A stretch of 64,000 bases of DNA from NCBI GenBank assembly GCA_036752825.1, contig DAIORV010000005.1, forward strand, positions 6,641 through 70,640. Direction: 5' to 3'. This stretch comes from Chloroflexota bacterium (GTDB lineage: Bacteria; Chloroflexota; UBA5177). The notes beneath the pieces are model-generated. The model searched no databases. It was given only the letters and a program-made list of their open reading frames with translations, and had not been told where the DNA came from. The translations under genes were made by a program, and so were the position numbers. Below, piece after piece: positions 15,903 to 25,592 of the stretch. The number at the start of each line of letters is the position of its first letter. The stretch's first letter is position 1.

Positions 15903-17620
15903 CTGCCCACTCTGGTCCACCTATCCATGCGCGGCCTTACCCTGACCGTTCGCGAATTACGATACGTGACCTTCCCGGGCGCACCTCGAGCGATCTTGCG
16001 CACATCGCGGACCGCGGCCACGTCCACGTCGACGGCAGTATCTTCTCGCCCCTCGCTGAAGTATGCTGCAAGTTCCGCCGCAGCAGAGGTCTCCTCTTCC
16101 GACAGCTTCTTCCCGCCCCCAAGGATGACTAAGTGGGCGCCCGTGCGCCCTCGTGCGTGGAACCAGACGTCCTCCCCACGTGCAACCCGGAAGGTTACTT
16201 CCTCGTTTTCCTTCGCGCTCCTGCCCACCACTGCGGTGACGCCTTCGAATCGGTATTTAGGCGGGCCACGGCGCTTGTTGCGGGCACTCCCCGCACCCTT
16301 CTCCTCGACCGGTTTCAGCTCCCTGCCAAGAGCTTGTAGGTCTGCCTCGGAGCCTGCAAGTCGGGCAAAAGTCGCAGCTTCGTTCAGCCGCTCCAGATCT
16401 TCCTTTGCCGCAGCGAGCATGGCCGGAATGCGTCGCCGTGCATCTTTGAGCTTGCGGTACCGGCGAAACAGCCGCTCCGCATTCTCGGCCGGAGTCCGCT
16501 GTGGATCCAGCTCGATCGTGGTGTCGAGATCGGGGATCTCGAGAAGGCTCGCACGCGGTGAGAGGGTGTGAGCGTATGCCAGAAGAAGCTGGCCCTTTTG
16601 CATGAGCGCGTCCGCATCAGCTGACGCCTGCAGCCCCTCTTCAAGAGAGTGGATCCGGCCGGAGACGCTCTTTCTCGCACGGTTGATCTCGTGAAGAAGT
16701 GTTTCACGCAGGGTCGACAGGGCATCGTGACTCTCTTCCTCTCCGCTCACTTCCTCGATTGCCGCAGTCATGCCGGCTGCCGGTCGGGAATCTGTGACTC
16801 CCAGCGGCGCGTACGGCGCGTAGTCGAGCCGGCCACGCGGATCAGTGAATATCGAGGGTCGCCAGTCACGGGTGGTGCGCAGCGAAAGAAGATCCGACGC
16901 TGCCTCTCCGACGCGCTCGATGTCCGCTTGAGAGAGCGGCTCGTTTCCCTCGCTCCCTGACTTCCGCGCGATCTGGTCCGCGAGAAAAGGTCCCGCCCCA
17001 GGAAGCAAACCCATCAAGGCTTTCTTCAGCTGCGTGTCGGGAGGAGCCGTGCGGAGCAACGAGGTGAAGGAGGACGGATCCTCGCTCGGATCCACCCTTT
17101 GACCTTCCTCGAAGATCTCCGGATCTCGTCCGCGAAATGGAGGTTGCTCGTACATTTGACCTGGCCTGACGGGCCTGACTCTGCTTTGCTTTGGATGCAC
17201 GATTTTCAGCGCACCCAAGATGAAGCGCCGCGAGTCGAGCAGAAGCACGTTGCTGTGCTTGCCCATAACTTCCGCCACGAGCACGTACTCGTCTTCGCGT
17301 CCCGCAAACGTCGCCGAGAGGATTCGCTCGTACCTCACATTTTCGATTTGTCGCAGGCGAGCGCCCTCCAGATACTTCCGAAGGAGCATCACGAAGGAGC
17401 TTGGCGTGGGGAATGCCTTGGCCAGCTTCCCTTCGGCAAGGGAGACGCGCGCATACTTCGCGTCTGAGGACTCTAACAGCCATCTCAGTGAGCCGCCAGC
17501 GTAGATCGCCAGAGCAACCGAATTGGCCGATGGCTGTATGATTTTTTGTACCTGTCCGCCACTCAGGGTCGCGGACAGCTCGTCAGCCACGGCGGCCATT
17601 GCAAGCGCGTCAAAGGGCAT
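15899..17620 (-). CDS. rqcH: Ribosome quality-control protein RqcH (NFACT / fibronectin-binding FbpA family)
   Basis: The protein has an NFACT-N domain (MPFDALAMAAVADEL...), a coiled-coil middle region and an NFACT-R C-terminus (GAHLVIL). The start is taken at the internal Met; the ORF-track start at 17710 adds a 30-aa leader. Confidence 0.85.
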   Translation of the reverse strand: MPFDALAMAAVADELSATLSGGQVQKIIQPSANSVALAIYAGGSLRWLLESSDAKYARVSLAEGKLAKAFPTPSSFVMLLRKYLEGARLRQIENVRYERILSATFAGREDEYVLVAEVMGKHSNVLLLDSRRFILGALKIVHPKQSRVRPVRPGQMYEQPPFRGRDPEIFEEGQRVDPSEDPSSFTSLLRTAPPDTQLKKALMGLLPGAGPFLADQIARKSGSEGNEPLSQADIERVGEAASDLLSLRTTRDWRPSIFTDPRGRLDYAPYAPLGVTDSRPAAGMTAAIEEVSGEEESHDALSTLRETLLHEINRARKSVSGRIHSLEEGLQASADADALMQKGQLLLAYAHTLSPRASLLEIPDLDTTIELDPQRTPAENAERLFRRYRKLKDARRRIPAMLAAAKEDLERLNEAATFARLAGSEADLQALGRELKPVEEKGAGSARNKRRGPPKYRFEGVTAVVGRSAKENEEVTFRVARGEDVWFHARGRTGAHLVILGGGKKLSEEETSAAAELAAYFSEGREDTAVDVDVAAVRDVRKIARGAPGKVTYRNSRTVRVRPRMDRWTRVGS

Positions 17621-17708
17621 CAGGCGGCTCCTCGCCAGGATCGAACCGGTGCCGCTAGCACGGCCGGCCATAGTCTTGCACAGCCCGGCGCACCGAGGCC
17701 TAGCACGC

Positions 17709-18321
17709 ATGAGGCAGCATCGTCAGGCAATTCTGTTCATCCTTAGCGGGCCCTCCGGAGCCGGCAAGGATTCCGTGATCCTTGGCTTGCGGGCCACGCA
17801 TCCGGACCTGCACTACGCCATTACCACGACCACCCGGCCGCAACGCCCGGGCGAAGTCGAGGGCGTCAGCTACTACTTCGTCTCGAAGCACGAGTACGAC
17901 CGGCTGGCGGACCACGGAGAGCTTCTCGCCCCAGCAAATGTCCACGGACACTGGTACGGAGCGCCACTCGCCCCCATCCGGAAAGCTCTCGGTGAAGGAC
18001 AGGATGTGCTGCTTAAGATCGACGTGCAGGGGGCGATGCAGGTGCGGCGTAGGCTTCCGCAGAGCGCCTGCATCTTTCTCACGACTCCAACTTTCGAGGA
18101 CCTCGTCGCGCGCCTGGTGGAGCGCCACACCGAGAGCAAGGAGGACCTGGAACGCCGCATCCAAGACGCTCATTTCGAAATGGGCACAGATGCCTCAAGA
18201 CGACCACTGCGTGATCAATCGCCGGGACGACCTTACGGCCGCGGTGACCGGCATCTCATGCATCATTAGCGCCGAACGCCTGCGAATTCATCGTCAGCCG
18301 ATCTCCTTCGACACCCGGTGA
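17709..18321 (+). CDS. gmk: Guanylate kinase with an apparent +1 frameshift near 18182-18186
   Basis: GPSGAGKDS is the P-loop, with TTRPQRPGEVEGVSYYFVS following. The conserved C-terminal ...DDHCVINRRDDLTAAV..AERLR is encoded in the +1 frame beyond an ATGGGCA G-run. The total span of 613 nt equals 3n+1. Confidence 0.85.
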
Positions 18322-18395
18322 CGCGAAAACGACGCGGCTATACTCGCGTTGTTGCGAGAGGGAGACATTTCATCTAAGGGGTGGCTTGCGCGCTC

Positions 18396-19400
18396 ATGTC
18401 TAAAGAGCACTATCTAGAGCGTAATCTTGCCCTGGAACTGGTTCGCGTAACGGAGGGCGCGGCTCTCCACGCCGCGCGATGGATGGGACTTGGCGACAAG
18501 GAGAGCGCCGACCAGGCCGCCGTCGACGCCATGCGAAATGCCCTGCGATTCGTCGATATGGATGGCGTGGTCGTCATCGGGGAGGGCGAGAAGGACGAGG
18601 CTCCAATGCTCTACATCGGAGAGCGGGTGGGCACCGGGAGACCGCCGAAGGTGGATGTCGCCGTTGACCCAATCGACGGCACGGAGCTGACCGCTAAGGG
18701 TCTCCCCAACGCCATAACTGTCGTCGCGCTGGCTGAGCGCAATTCCATGTATCACGACCCGCACGTCTTCTACGCCCAAAAGATTGCCGTCGGCCCGGAG
18801 GCCAAGGGCGCCATTGACATTAATGCCCCGGTCAAAGACAACCTTACGCGTATTGCGCGCTTCACCGAAAAGAATGTGGAGGACTTGACGGTCGTCATTC
18901 TCGACCGCCCTCGCCACGAATCTCTTATTGCAGACGTGCGGGCCGCGGGCGCTCGGATAAAGCTGATCACCCACGGAGACGTTGCCGGAGCAATGATGGC
19001 TGCGCTGCCCGAAGATACAGGTGTTGATGCGTTGATGGGCATCGGCGGCACCACCGAGGGTGTGCTGGCCGCGTGCGCGCTTCGGTGCCTAGGCGGTGAC
19101 ATTCAGTGCAAGCTCTGGCCCCGGTCCGACGCAGAACGCGAGCAGGCGGCCAACGATGGGGTAGATGTCGACCGTGTACTTCTCATGGACGATCTGGTGA
19201 GCAGTCAAGACGTCTTCTTTGCCGCGACGGGTATCACCAATGGGGAGTTTCTCAGGGGCGTGCGATATGATGGCGACTATGCCCAGACATACAGCATCAT
19301 GATGCGTTCTCTCTCCGGGACGATGCGCCGCTTCGAGACGCACCACCACATGGGACTGAAACGCAACCTTCCAGCCGGTGCGGCGTATGTGCCCGACTAG
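18396..19400 (+). CDS. glpX: Class II fructose-1,6-bisphosphatase (GlpX)
   Basis: Full-length GlpX-type FBPase similarity. Confidence 0.9.
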   Translation: MSKEHYLERNLALELVRVTEGAALHAARWMGLGDKESADQAAVDAMRNALRFVDMDGVVVIGEGEKDEAPMLYIGERVGTGRPPKVDVAVDPIDGTELTAKGLPNAITVVALAERNSMYHDPHVFYAQKIAVGPEAKGAIDINAPVKDNLTRIARFTEKNVEDLTVVILDRPRHESLIADVRAAGARIKLITHGDVAGAMMAALPEDTGVDALMGIGGTTEGVLAACALRCLGGDIQCKLWPRSDAEREQAANDGVDVDRVLLMDDLVSSQDVFFAATGITNGEFLRGVRYDGDYAQTYSIMMRSLSGTMRRFETHHHMGLKRNLPAGAAYVPD

Positions 19401-19458
19401 CGATCCGGTCGTCGAGAGGGCTTCAGGATCTGTCCTCAATCTGACGGATCTCGAGGCG

Positions 19459-20700
19459 ATGAACCTGTCCGATCTGCGCGGCTATGCGCAGGGTGCGGGT
19501 CTGTCCAGCATTTCGGGTCTAAAGAAGCAGGATTTGATCTTTCGGCTGCTCGAAGCCCAGGCGGAGCGTGAAGGCAACATCTTCGCCTCCGGCATCCTCG
19601 AATCAGTCGAAGAGGGCTACGGGTTCCTTCGTCAGAATCGCTTTCTCCCAGGCCCAAATGACATCTACGTGTCCCTCACGCAGATCCGCCGTTTCGGCCT
19701 TCGCACCGGAGACGAGGTCACCGGCCAGGTCCGGCCACCCAAAGAGAACGAGAAGTACTTCGGGCTGCTCCGTGTCGAGGCGGTGAACGGAACCGACCCT
19801 GAAGCAGCGCCGGCCCGGCCGCATTTCGACGACCTTTCGCCGGCCTATCCCACCGAGATGTTCAAGCTGGAAACCACGGCTGACGCCCTAACGGGACGTG
19901 TCATCGATCTGCTGGCTCCGATCGGTAAGGGACAGCGCGGGCTTATCGTCGGGCCGCCTAAATCCGGCAAGACCACGTTGCTGCAGCAGATAGCGGCAGG
20001 CATCGCAGGCAACAGCCCAAACGCGCACCTCGTCGTCCTTCTCATCGGTGAGCGGCCGGAAGAGGTCACCGACATGCAGAAGGGCGGGCTGGGTGACGTA
20101 CTCTTCTCGGCGTTCGACGAACCCGCCGAGAGGCACGTCCATATCGCCGAGATGGCGCTTGAGCGCGCAAGGAGGCTCGTCGAGTGTGGCAGGGAAGTAG
20201 TTATCCTGCTCGACAGCCTCACTCGTCTGGTCCGCGCCTACAACCTGACCGCCTCCAGCGGTAGCCACGTGGTCTCCGAGGAGCTGGACCCGTACGCCCT
20301 GTACCCCGCGAAGCGCTTTTTCGGCACTGCGCGAAACGTGGATCGCGGAGGTAGTCTGACGATCGTAGCCACCTGTCACACGGCCACCGGCAGCCGAATT
20401 GACGACCAGATCTGCGAAGAGTTTAGGGGCGCGAGCAACATGGAGCTCAGCCTCGACGCGCAGCTTCTCGAGCACCGTATCTTTCCGGCGATCGACATTC
20501 TTCATTCAGGTACGCGACGCGAAGAGCTGCTTATCGACCCCTGGGTTCTTCAATCAATCTGGGGAATGAGACACGCCCTCACCTCGGTCGGTACCATGGA
20601 GGGAGCGGAGCTCCTACTTAGTCGACTGGCAGGATTTCCGGACAATCAGGCATTTCTCGAGTCGCTCGGGAAAGAAACTCCGAACGAGGTTTGGCGGTAG
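19459..20700 (+). CDS. rho: Transcription termination factor Rho
   Basis: MNLSDLRG...DLIFRLLEA is the N-terminus, with a CSD-like RNA-binding domain and RecA-like ATPase (GKGQRGLIVGPPKSGKT). Confidence 0.95.
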   Translation: MNLSDLRGYAQGAGLSSISGLKKQDLIFRLLEAQAEREGNIFASGILESVEEGYGFLRQNRFLPGPNDIYVSLTQIRRFGLRTGDEVTGQVRPPKENEKYFGLLRVEAVNGTDPEAAPARPHFDDLSPAYPTEMFKLETTADALTGRVIDLLAPIGKGQRGLIVGPPKSGKTTLLQQIAAGIAGNSPNAHLVVLLIGERPEEVTDMQKGGLGDVLFSAFDEPAERHVHIAEMALERARRLVECGREVVILLDSLTRLVRAYNLTASSGSHVVSEELDPYALYPAKRFFGTARNVDRGGSLTIVATCHTATGSRIDDQICEEFRGASNMELSLDAQLLEHRIFPAIDILHSGTRREELLIDPWVLQSIWGMRHALTSVGTMEGAELLLSRLAGFPDNQAFLESLGKETPNEVWR

Positions 20701-20772
20701 CAACCTCATCGAATTTCGACGTAATACCGGTGTCCGTATTTGCTGTACACTGCTCTTTGCAAAGGGAGAAGC

Positions 20773-21240
20773 ATGGCAGTCAAAGTCATCCTTCGCCAGG
20801 ACGTTCCGAACCTGGGACATGCCGGTGAAGTCAAACAGGTCGCGCCTGGGTACTTCCGGAACTTCCTCCTGCCGCGCGGCATGGCAATCGAGGCAAGCAA
20901 GGCTCAGATAAACGCCCTCCAGAGTAACAAGGCGGTCCGAGAGGCTCAATCGGGACGGGAACAAGCGCGTGCCGGAGCACTCGCCCAGCAGCTGGGTGGC
21001 GTCACACTGCGCATCCCCGTTCGACTTGGCGAGCAGGGTCGTATCTATGGCTCCGTTACCAACAAGGACATCGCAGACGCGCTGACCGAACAGGCCCAGA
21101 TCACCGTGGACCGCCACGACATTACCCTTGGCGAACCGCTCAAGACAATCGGTGTTCATTCCGTCCCTGTCAAGTTGGGCCAGGGTGTCGCGTCAGATGT
21201 CCAGGTTGAGCTCGTTCCCGAGGATGAAGCCGCCGAGTAA
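20773..21240 (+). CDS. rplI: 50S ribosomal protein L9
   Basis: MAVKVILRQDVPNLGHAGEVKQVAPGYFRNFLLPRG, with AGGGAG SD preceding the ATG. Confidence 0.95.
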   Translation: MAVKVILRQDVPNLGHAGEVKQVAPGYFRNFLLPRGMAIEASKAQINALQSNKAVREAQSGREQARAGALAQQLGGVTLRIPVRLGEQGRIYGSVTNKDIADALTEQAQITVDRHDITLGEPLKTIGVHSVPVKLGQGVASDVQVELVPEDEAAE

Positions 21241-21266
21241 GTCCGCCCCAGTGGAGCATCACCTCT

Positions 21267-22619
21267 ATGGCGAACCAGTCCGTCTACCGCTCACTGGACG
21301 GGGCCCTGCCGCAGAACCTCGAGGCCGAGCAAGCCGTTCTCGGCAGTTTGCTCATTGACCCACGAGCAATCGAACGCGTTGCCTCGTTTTTGCGCCCCGA
21401 AGACTATTTTCTTCCGGTCAACTCCGAGATCTATCGCGGCATGCTCAACCTCTATGAGCGCGACAAGCCGACCGACATCGTCACACTGTCTGACTTTCTG
21501 CAGGGCCAGAACCGGCTGGACGAGACTGGTGGGGCTGCCTACCTGGCTTCGCTCGCCGGCATCGTGCCGACCTCCATCAACGTCGAGTATTACGCTCGCA
21601 TCGTCGAACGCCTGTCCGTACTCAGACGCCTCGTCGACGCTGGGTCACGCATCACGTCAATTGGATACGACGAGAGATTCGAGGCCGAAGCTGCGATCGA
21701 ACAGGCCGAGCGCGTTCTCTTCGATGTCTCACGTACGCGTATTACGCGCGACTTCGAGCCCATATCGACCATCCTCAATATGGTCTACGAGAAGCTCGAT
21801 CACATCCACTCCCACGACAGCGAGATCACAGGCATACCCACAGGGTTCATTGACCTCGATCGGCTAACCAGCGGACTGCAACGATCGGACCTGGTCATCG
21901 TCGCCGCCCGCCCCAGCATGGGCAAGACCTCGTTGGCTCTGAACGTCGCCCATTCGATTGCCGTCAGAGCACACCTGCCGGTCGGTATTTTCAGCCTCGA
22001 GATGTCAGCCGAGCAGCTGGCCCAGCGCCTGATGTCCCTGCACGCAAACGTCGAATCGCAGCGGCTTCGCAGCGGAAGAATGTCTGACATGGACTGGGAC
22101 AATCTGGTCAATGCGGTGGGAGTCCTTTCGGAAGCGCCCATCTTCGTCGACGACTCCCCGTCGCTCACCATGAGCGAAATGCGAAGCAAGGCCCGCAGGC
22201 TACACAGCGAGCAGGGTTTGGGCTTGATCATCGTCGACTATCTTCAGCTCATGCAGGGAGCCGGGAGTAATGAGAACCGTGTGCAGGAGATATCGGCCAT
22301 CTCTCGTGGTCTGAAAGCCATAGCACGCGAGCTCGAGGTGCCCGTGATGGCTCTCTCTCAGCTCTCCCGGGCTCCTGATCAACGCCCAGACCACACGCCG
22401 GTGCTGTCCGACCTGAGAGAGTCCGGCTCCATAGAGCAGGACGCGGACATCGTGATGTTCATCTACCGAGACGTGAAGTACAACCCGGACACAGACAAAC
22501 CGCACGTTGCGGACATCCTAGTTGCCAAGCACCGCAACGGACCTACCGGCTCCATCCACCTCTTCTATCAGGACGCCCTCATGAAGTTCCTCGACCTGAG
22601 CGTTCATGGGGCGGGATGA
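21267..22619 (+). CDS. dnaB: Replicative DNA helicase DnaB
   Basis: The N-terminal domain (NLEAEQAVLGSLL) and a RecA-like domain with Walker A (ARPSMGKTSLALN) are present, in the usual rplI-dnaB arrangement. Confidence 0.95.
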   Translation: MANQSVYRSLDGALPQNLEAEQAVLGSLLIDPRAIERVASFLRPEDYFLPVNSEIYRGMLNLYERDKPTDIVTLSDFLQGQNRLDETGGAAYLASLAGIVPTSINVEYYARIVERLSVLRRLVDAGSRITSIGYDERFEAEAAIEQAERVLFDVSRTRITRDFEPISTILNMVYEKLDHIHSHDSEITGIPTGFIDLDRLTSGLQRSDLVIVAARPSMGKTSLALNVAHSIAVRAHLPVGIFSLEMSAEQLAQRLMSLHANVESQRLRSGRMSDMDWDNLVNAVGVLSEAPIFVDDSPSLTMSEMRSKARRLHSEQGLGLIIVDYLQLMQGAGSNENRVQEISAISRGLKAIARELEVPVMALSQLSRAPDQRPDHTPVLSDLRESGSIEQDADIVMFIYRDVKYNPDTDKPHVADILVAKHRNGPTGSIHLFYQDALMKFLDLSVHGAG

Positions 22620-23247
22620 TCTTGACACTCGGTTCGTCCCGATCCCCCACGACTTCCTGCGCGATGTCCTCCGAGCCACGCGGGAGCTTGCCGAGCTAAA
22701 GTCGATCTTCTACGTCGCTTACCTGGCGTCGAGCAGCGGGAGGCGCACCGTCGACCGCGACGAGCTGATGGCTCCTGACGCGCTCCACGCGATAGCGGGC
22801 GAAGACAGCCCGGAGCCGGCAGAAACCAGGGTGCGGCGAGCCCTCGATCGTGCCGTCGTAAACGGTGCACTTCTCCAGCTCATTGTCCTGCGCGGGGGGC
22901 AGAGAAAGACGCTCTATCTGACCGCGACCGCCGAGAGTCGCGATGCCGTGGAACGCTTTAAGAGCAACGACTCCGCGGCCTCGACATCCCTCGGGATCGA
23001 GGTCGACGACGAGGTTGAGGTCTATCGGCCAAACATCTTCGGACTGTACGAGCGTGTGATGGGTCCTCTCACTCCGTTGATCGCGGAGCAGTTGCGGGAT
23101 GCCGAGAGGTCGTATCCGCGCGAGTGGATCGAGCAGGCCATGTACGAAGCTGCCGAGCGCGAGCATCGCTCCTGGAGGTACGTCGAGGCCATCCTCACGC
23201 GCTGGGAGGCGGGCGGCGCACCCCGGAGATTGCGCACGCCGCAGTGA
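22606..23247 (+). CDS. DnaD-domain replication protein (winged-helix N-terminus plus C-terminal DDBH2-like YxxxIxxxW module)
   Basis: The C-terminus IFGLYERVMGPLTPLIAEQLRDAERSYPREWIEQAMYEAAEREHRSWRYVEAILTRWE resembles the DnaD/DnaB-loader C-terminal domain. The gene overlaps the dnaB 3' end by 14 nt. Confidence 0.65.
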   Translation: MGRDDLDTRFVPIPHDFLRDVLRATRELAELKSIFYVAYLASSSGRRTVDRDELMAPDALHAIAGEDSPEPAETRVRRALDRAVVNGALLQLIVLRGGQRKTLYLTATAESRDAVERFKSNDSAASTSLGIEVDDEVEVYRPNIFGLYERVMGPLTPLIAEQLRDAERSYPREWIEQAMYEAAEREHRSWRYVEAILTRWEAGGAPRRLRTPQ

Positions 23248-24116
23248 CCGGCAGCCAGAGCGATGGCGGTGCGCATGATGACCGGCTTCGCGAGCGCGTT
23301 CGCCGGCGTCTGCTCCTGGCCATGGCGGCCGGACTGGAGCGGTTCGACCTGGGCAACCCGGCCGTCGAGGAGACCTGTCACGCGGTTCGGGTCAGGGACT
23401 TGCCGGAAGCTCTGGTTGGGCTGACCATCGCGCAGGTGTCCGATCTCCACGTCGGGCCAGGGCGCTGGCAACCGAGGCGATGGAGGGAAGCTGCCCTGCT
23501 GGTTGGCCGATCAGCACCATCGTTTGTGGTCAACACAGGGGACTTCTTGCAGTGGGAGCCCGACCCGGACAGAGCGAGGGAGATCTTTTCCGTCTTCATG
23601 GCGTCGGCTTCGGACCAGGGAGACGCTCGTACCTTCGCCATTCTTGGAAATCACGACTACTATGCCGGGTTGGACATGGTCCATCGGTTGAACGCGCAGC
23701 TCGACTCGATCGATGTCACGGTGCTGACGAACCTGACCACCAGCGTCGTCTGCAATGGGGCGCGGCTCTCGATCACCGGGCTGACCACCCAGGAGCCGGG
23801 GTTCGAAGACGCGATCGAGGCACTACTCGCCGCCGACCGACCAAGGATCGTGCTGATTCACGAACCAGATCTGTCGGGCTGGCTGCCGGCCAGATCGGCT
23901 GACCTGATACTGGCGGGTCATACCCACGGGGGCCAGGCAACCCTTCCTTTCCTGGAGCGCTTCATTGTTCGTACCTTCGCCAGGAGTCATTTTGTGGAGG
24001 GTTGGTATACGGTTAACGACAACCCCATGTACGTCAATCGTGGCTTGGGTTTCACCGGCTATCCCTTCCGCCTGCGTGCCCGTCCGGAGGTTTCGATATT
24101 CCGCCTTACGCATTGA
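23244..24116 (+). CDS. Calcineurin-like metallophosphoesterase
   Basis: DLHVG ... GDF ... GNHDY ... GHTHG motifs. The GTG start overlaps the upstream stop (GTGA), and the N-terminus RRRLLLAMAAGL is signal/Tat-like. Confidence 0.8.
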   Translation: MTGSQSDGGAHDDRLRERVRRRLLLAMAAGLERFDLGNPAVEETCHAVRVRDLPEALVGLTIAQVSDLHVGPGRWQPRRWREAALLVGRSAPSFVVNTGDFLQWEPDPDRAREIFSVFMASASDQGDARTFAILGNHDYYAGLDMVHRLNAQLDSIDVTVLTNLTTSVVCNGARLSITGLTTQEPGFEDAIEALLAADRPRIVLIHEPDLSGWLPARSADLILAGHTHGGQATLPFLERFIVRTFARSHFVEGWYTVNDNPMYVNRGLGFTGYPFRLRARPEVSIFRLTH

Positions 24117-24167
24117 CCAAAATTTGCTAACGGCTCTATACTTGGGCGATTTCGGGCGAATGTGACC

Positions 24168-24194
24168 GGCGCCCCTTCGGGGGCGCTTTGATTT
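24168..24194 (+). terminator. Rho-independent terminator-like hairpin (ggcgcccc-ttcg-ggggcgc followed by tttgattt)
   Basis: A 7-bp GC stem with a tetraloop and a U-rich tail lies downstream of the metallophosphoesterase and upstream of secD. Confidence 0.55.
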
Positions 24195-24218
24195 GCTCTG
24201 ACCAGAAACGGAGCCGCG

Positions 24219-25592
24219 ATGCGCAATCTCGGATGGACCTTCCTGGCCGTCATCATCGTCTTCATGTGTGCGTTGTTTGTCGATCTTCCGACCACCAACA
24301 CCGTGCTCGGCCACAACGTCTCGATCAAGAAGGGCCTCGACCTCGCCGGAGGCGCACGCCTGCTCCTGTGCGCCAACAAGGGGCAGACGGTCACAAGCGG
24401 GGACATGAGCACCGCGACCGACGTCATCAGATCCCGAGCCTCCGCGGGCTTCGGTGTCACGGAACCCGCTGTCAGCCAGGTCGGCAACGACTGCATCAAC
24501 GTTGAAATGCCCGGCCTCAAGAACCAAAAGCAGATTATCAGCGTGCTTGGTCAGACCGGATACCTGGCGCTGACCGACAGCGGAACGAAGAACTTCAACG
24601 CAGGCGTAAAGGTCAAGCTGGTCTGCAAGGACGCCGGCTGTGGGGCCAGCAAACAGACGGGCGTATCGAATTTGAACGTCAGTCCGCCGGTGATGCAGGT
24701 GGTTGTCCCCGGCAAGTACATCAAACAGGGAAGTGCCCAGACCGGTTATGACCAGAACACCGGCGGGCCCATCGTCAACTACCAGCTTCAGGGCAAGGGA
24801 AGTGACGACTGGGGTACGTATACGACCAACAACGTCAACAAGTTCTCGGCGATTGTGCTCGACGGAAAGGTCGTGACCGATCTAACCATTGCGGGCCCTA
24901 TCGTCGGTGGCCAGACTCAGATCAGCGGACTCGGCAGCATTGACGAGGCCAAGACCATTGCTACCTTCTTGAACTACGGCGCGTTGCCGATCAAGCTCCA
25001 TATCGACTCGTCCCAACAGGTTGCGGCGACCCTTGGGCCCCAATACGTCAATCTGGCAACGAAGGCCGCCGTGATCGGCATCATCATCGTCGCGCTTTTC
25101 ATGCTCCTCTACTATCGATTGCCTGGGCTGCTGGCCGACATCGCCCTGGTCCTCTACGTGGCTTTTGTGTTCGCTATGTTCAAGCTCATTGGCGTGACGC
25201 TGACCCTGGCCGGCGTGGCCGGTTTCGTTCTCTCGATCGGCATGGCGGTCGACGCGAATGTGCTGATCTTCGAACGCATGAAAGAAGAGCTGCGCACCGG
25301 CAAGTCGCTTGGCGCCTCGGTCGAGGCGGGGTTCCGCCGCGCCTTCCCCTCCATCCGGGACTCAAACATGTCCACGATCATTACGACGGTGATTCTCTTC
25401 TGGTTTGGCCACAACTTCGCGGCTACCGTCATTACCGGCTTTGCCACGACGCTCTTTATCGGTGTTGCGGTCAGCTTCGTTACTGCCGTGTTTGTGTCCC
25501 ATACGTTCCTACGCTTGCTCGTGAAATCGGGCAGAGGGCGGAATCCGGCGCTCTTCGGCGTGGAGCAGCTCGGGGGTGCCCAGCTTGCTTGA
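24219..25592 (+). CDS. secD: Protein translocase subunit SecD
   Basis: N-terminal TM, LDLAGG motif and a C-terminal 6-TM SecD/F domain. Confidence 0.95.
   Translation: MRNLGWTFLAVIIVFMCALFVDLPTTNTVLGHNVSIKKGLDLAGGARLLLCANKGQTVTSGDMSTATDVIRSRASAGFGVTEPAVSQVGNDCINVEMPGLKNQKQIISVLGQTGYLALTDSGTKNFNAGVKVKLVCKDAGCGASKQTGVSNLNVSPPVMQVVVPGKYIKQGSAQTGYDQNTGGPIVNYQLQGKGSDDWGTYTTNNVNKFSAIVLDGKVVTDLTIAGPIVGGQTQISGLGSIDEAKTIATFLNYGALPIKLHIDSSQQVAATLGPQYVNLATKAAVIGIIIVALFMLLYYRLPGLLADIALVLYVAFVFAMFKLIGVTLTLAGVAGFVLSIGMAVDANVLIFERMKEELRTGKSLGASVEAGFRRAFPSIRDSNMSTIITTVILFWFGHNFAATVITGFATTLFIGVAVSFVTAVFVSHTFLRLLVKSGRGRNPALFGVEQLGGAQLA

Noticed and set aside
17625-17660. tRNA-like T-arm word (ggatcgaacc) inside rqcH
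   Set aside because: The flanking sequence cannot form T-stem or acceptor pairings, and it lies inside a well-supported coding region.
19378-19458. Longer Rho N-terminus (ORF-track start at 19378) with a near-duplicate NLTDLEA/NLSDLRG word
   Set aside because: The canonical Rho N-terminus (MNLSELK-like) matches the internal ATG at 19459. The upstream segment is more likely leader sequence.
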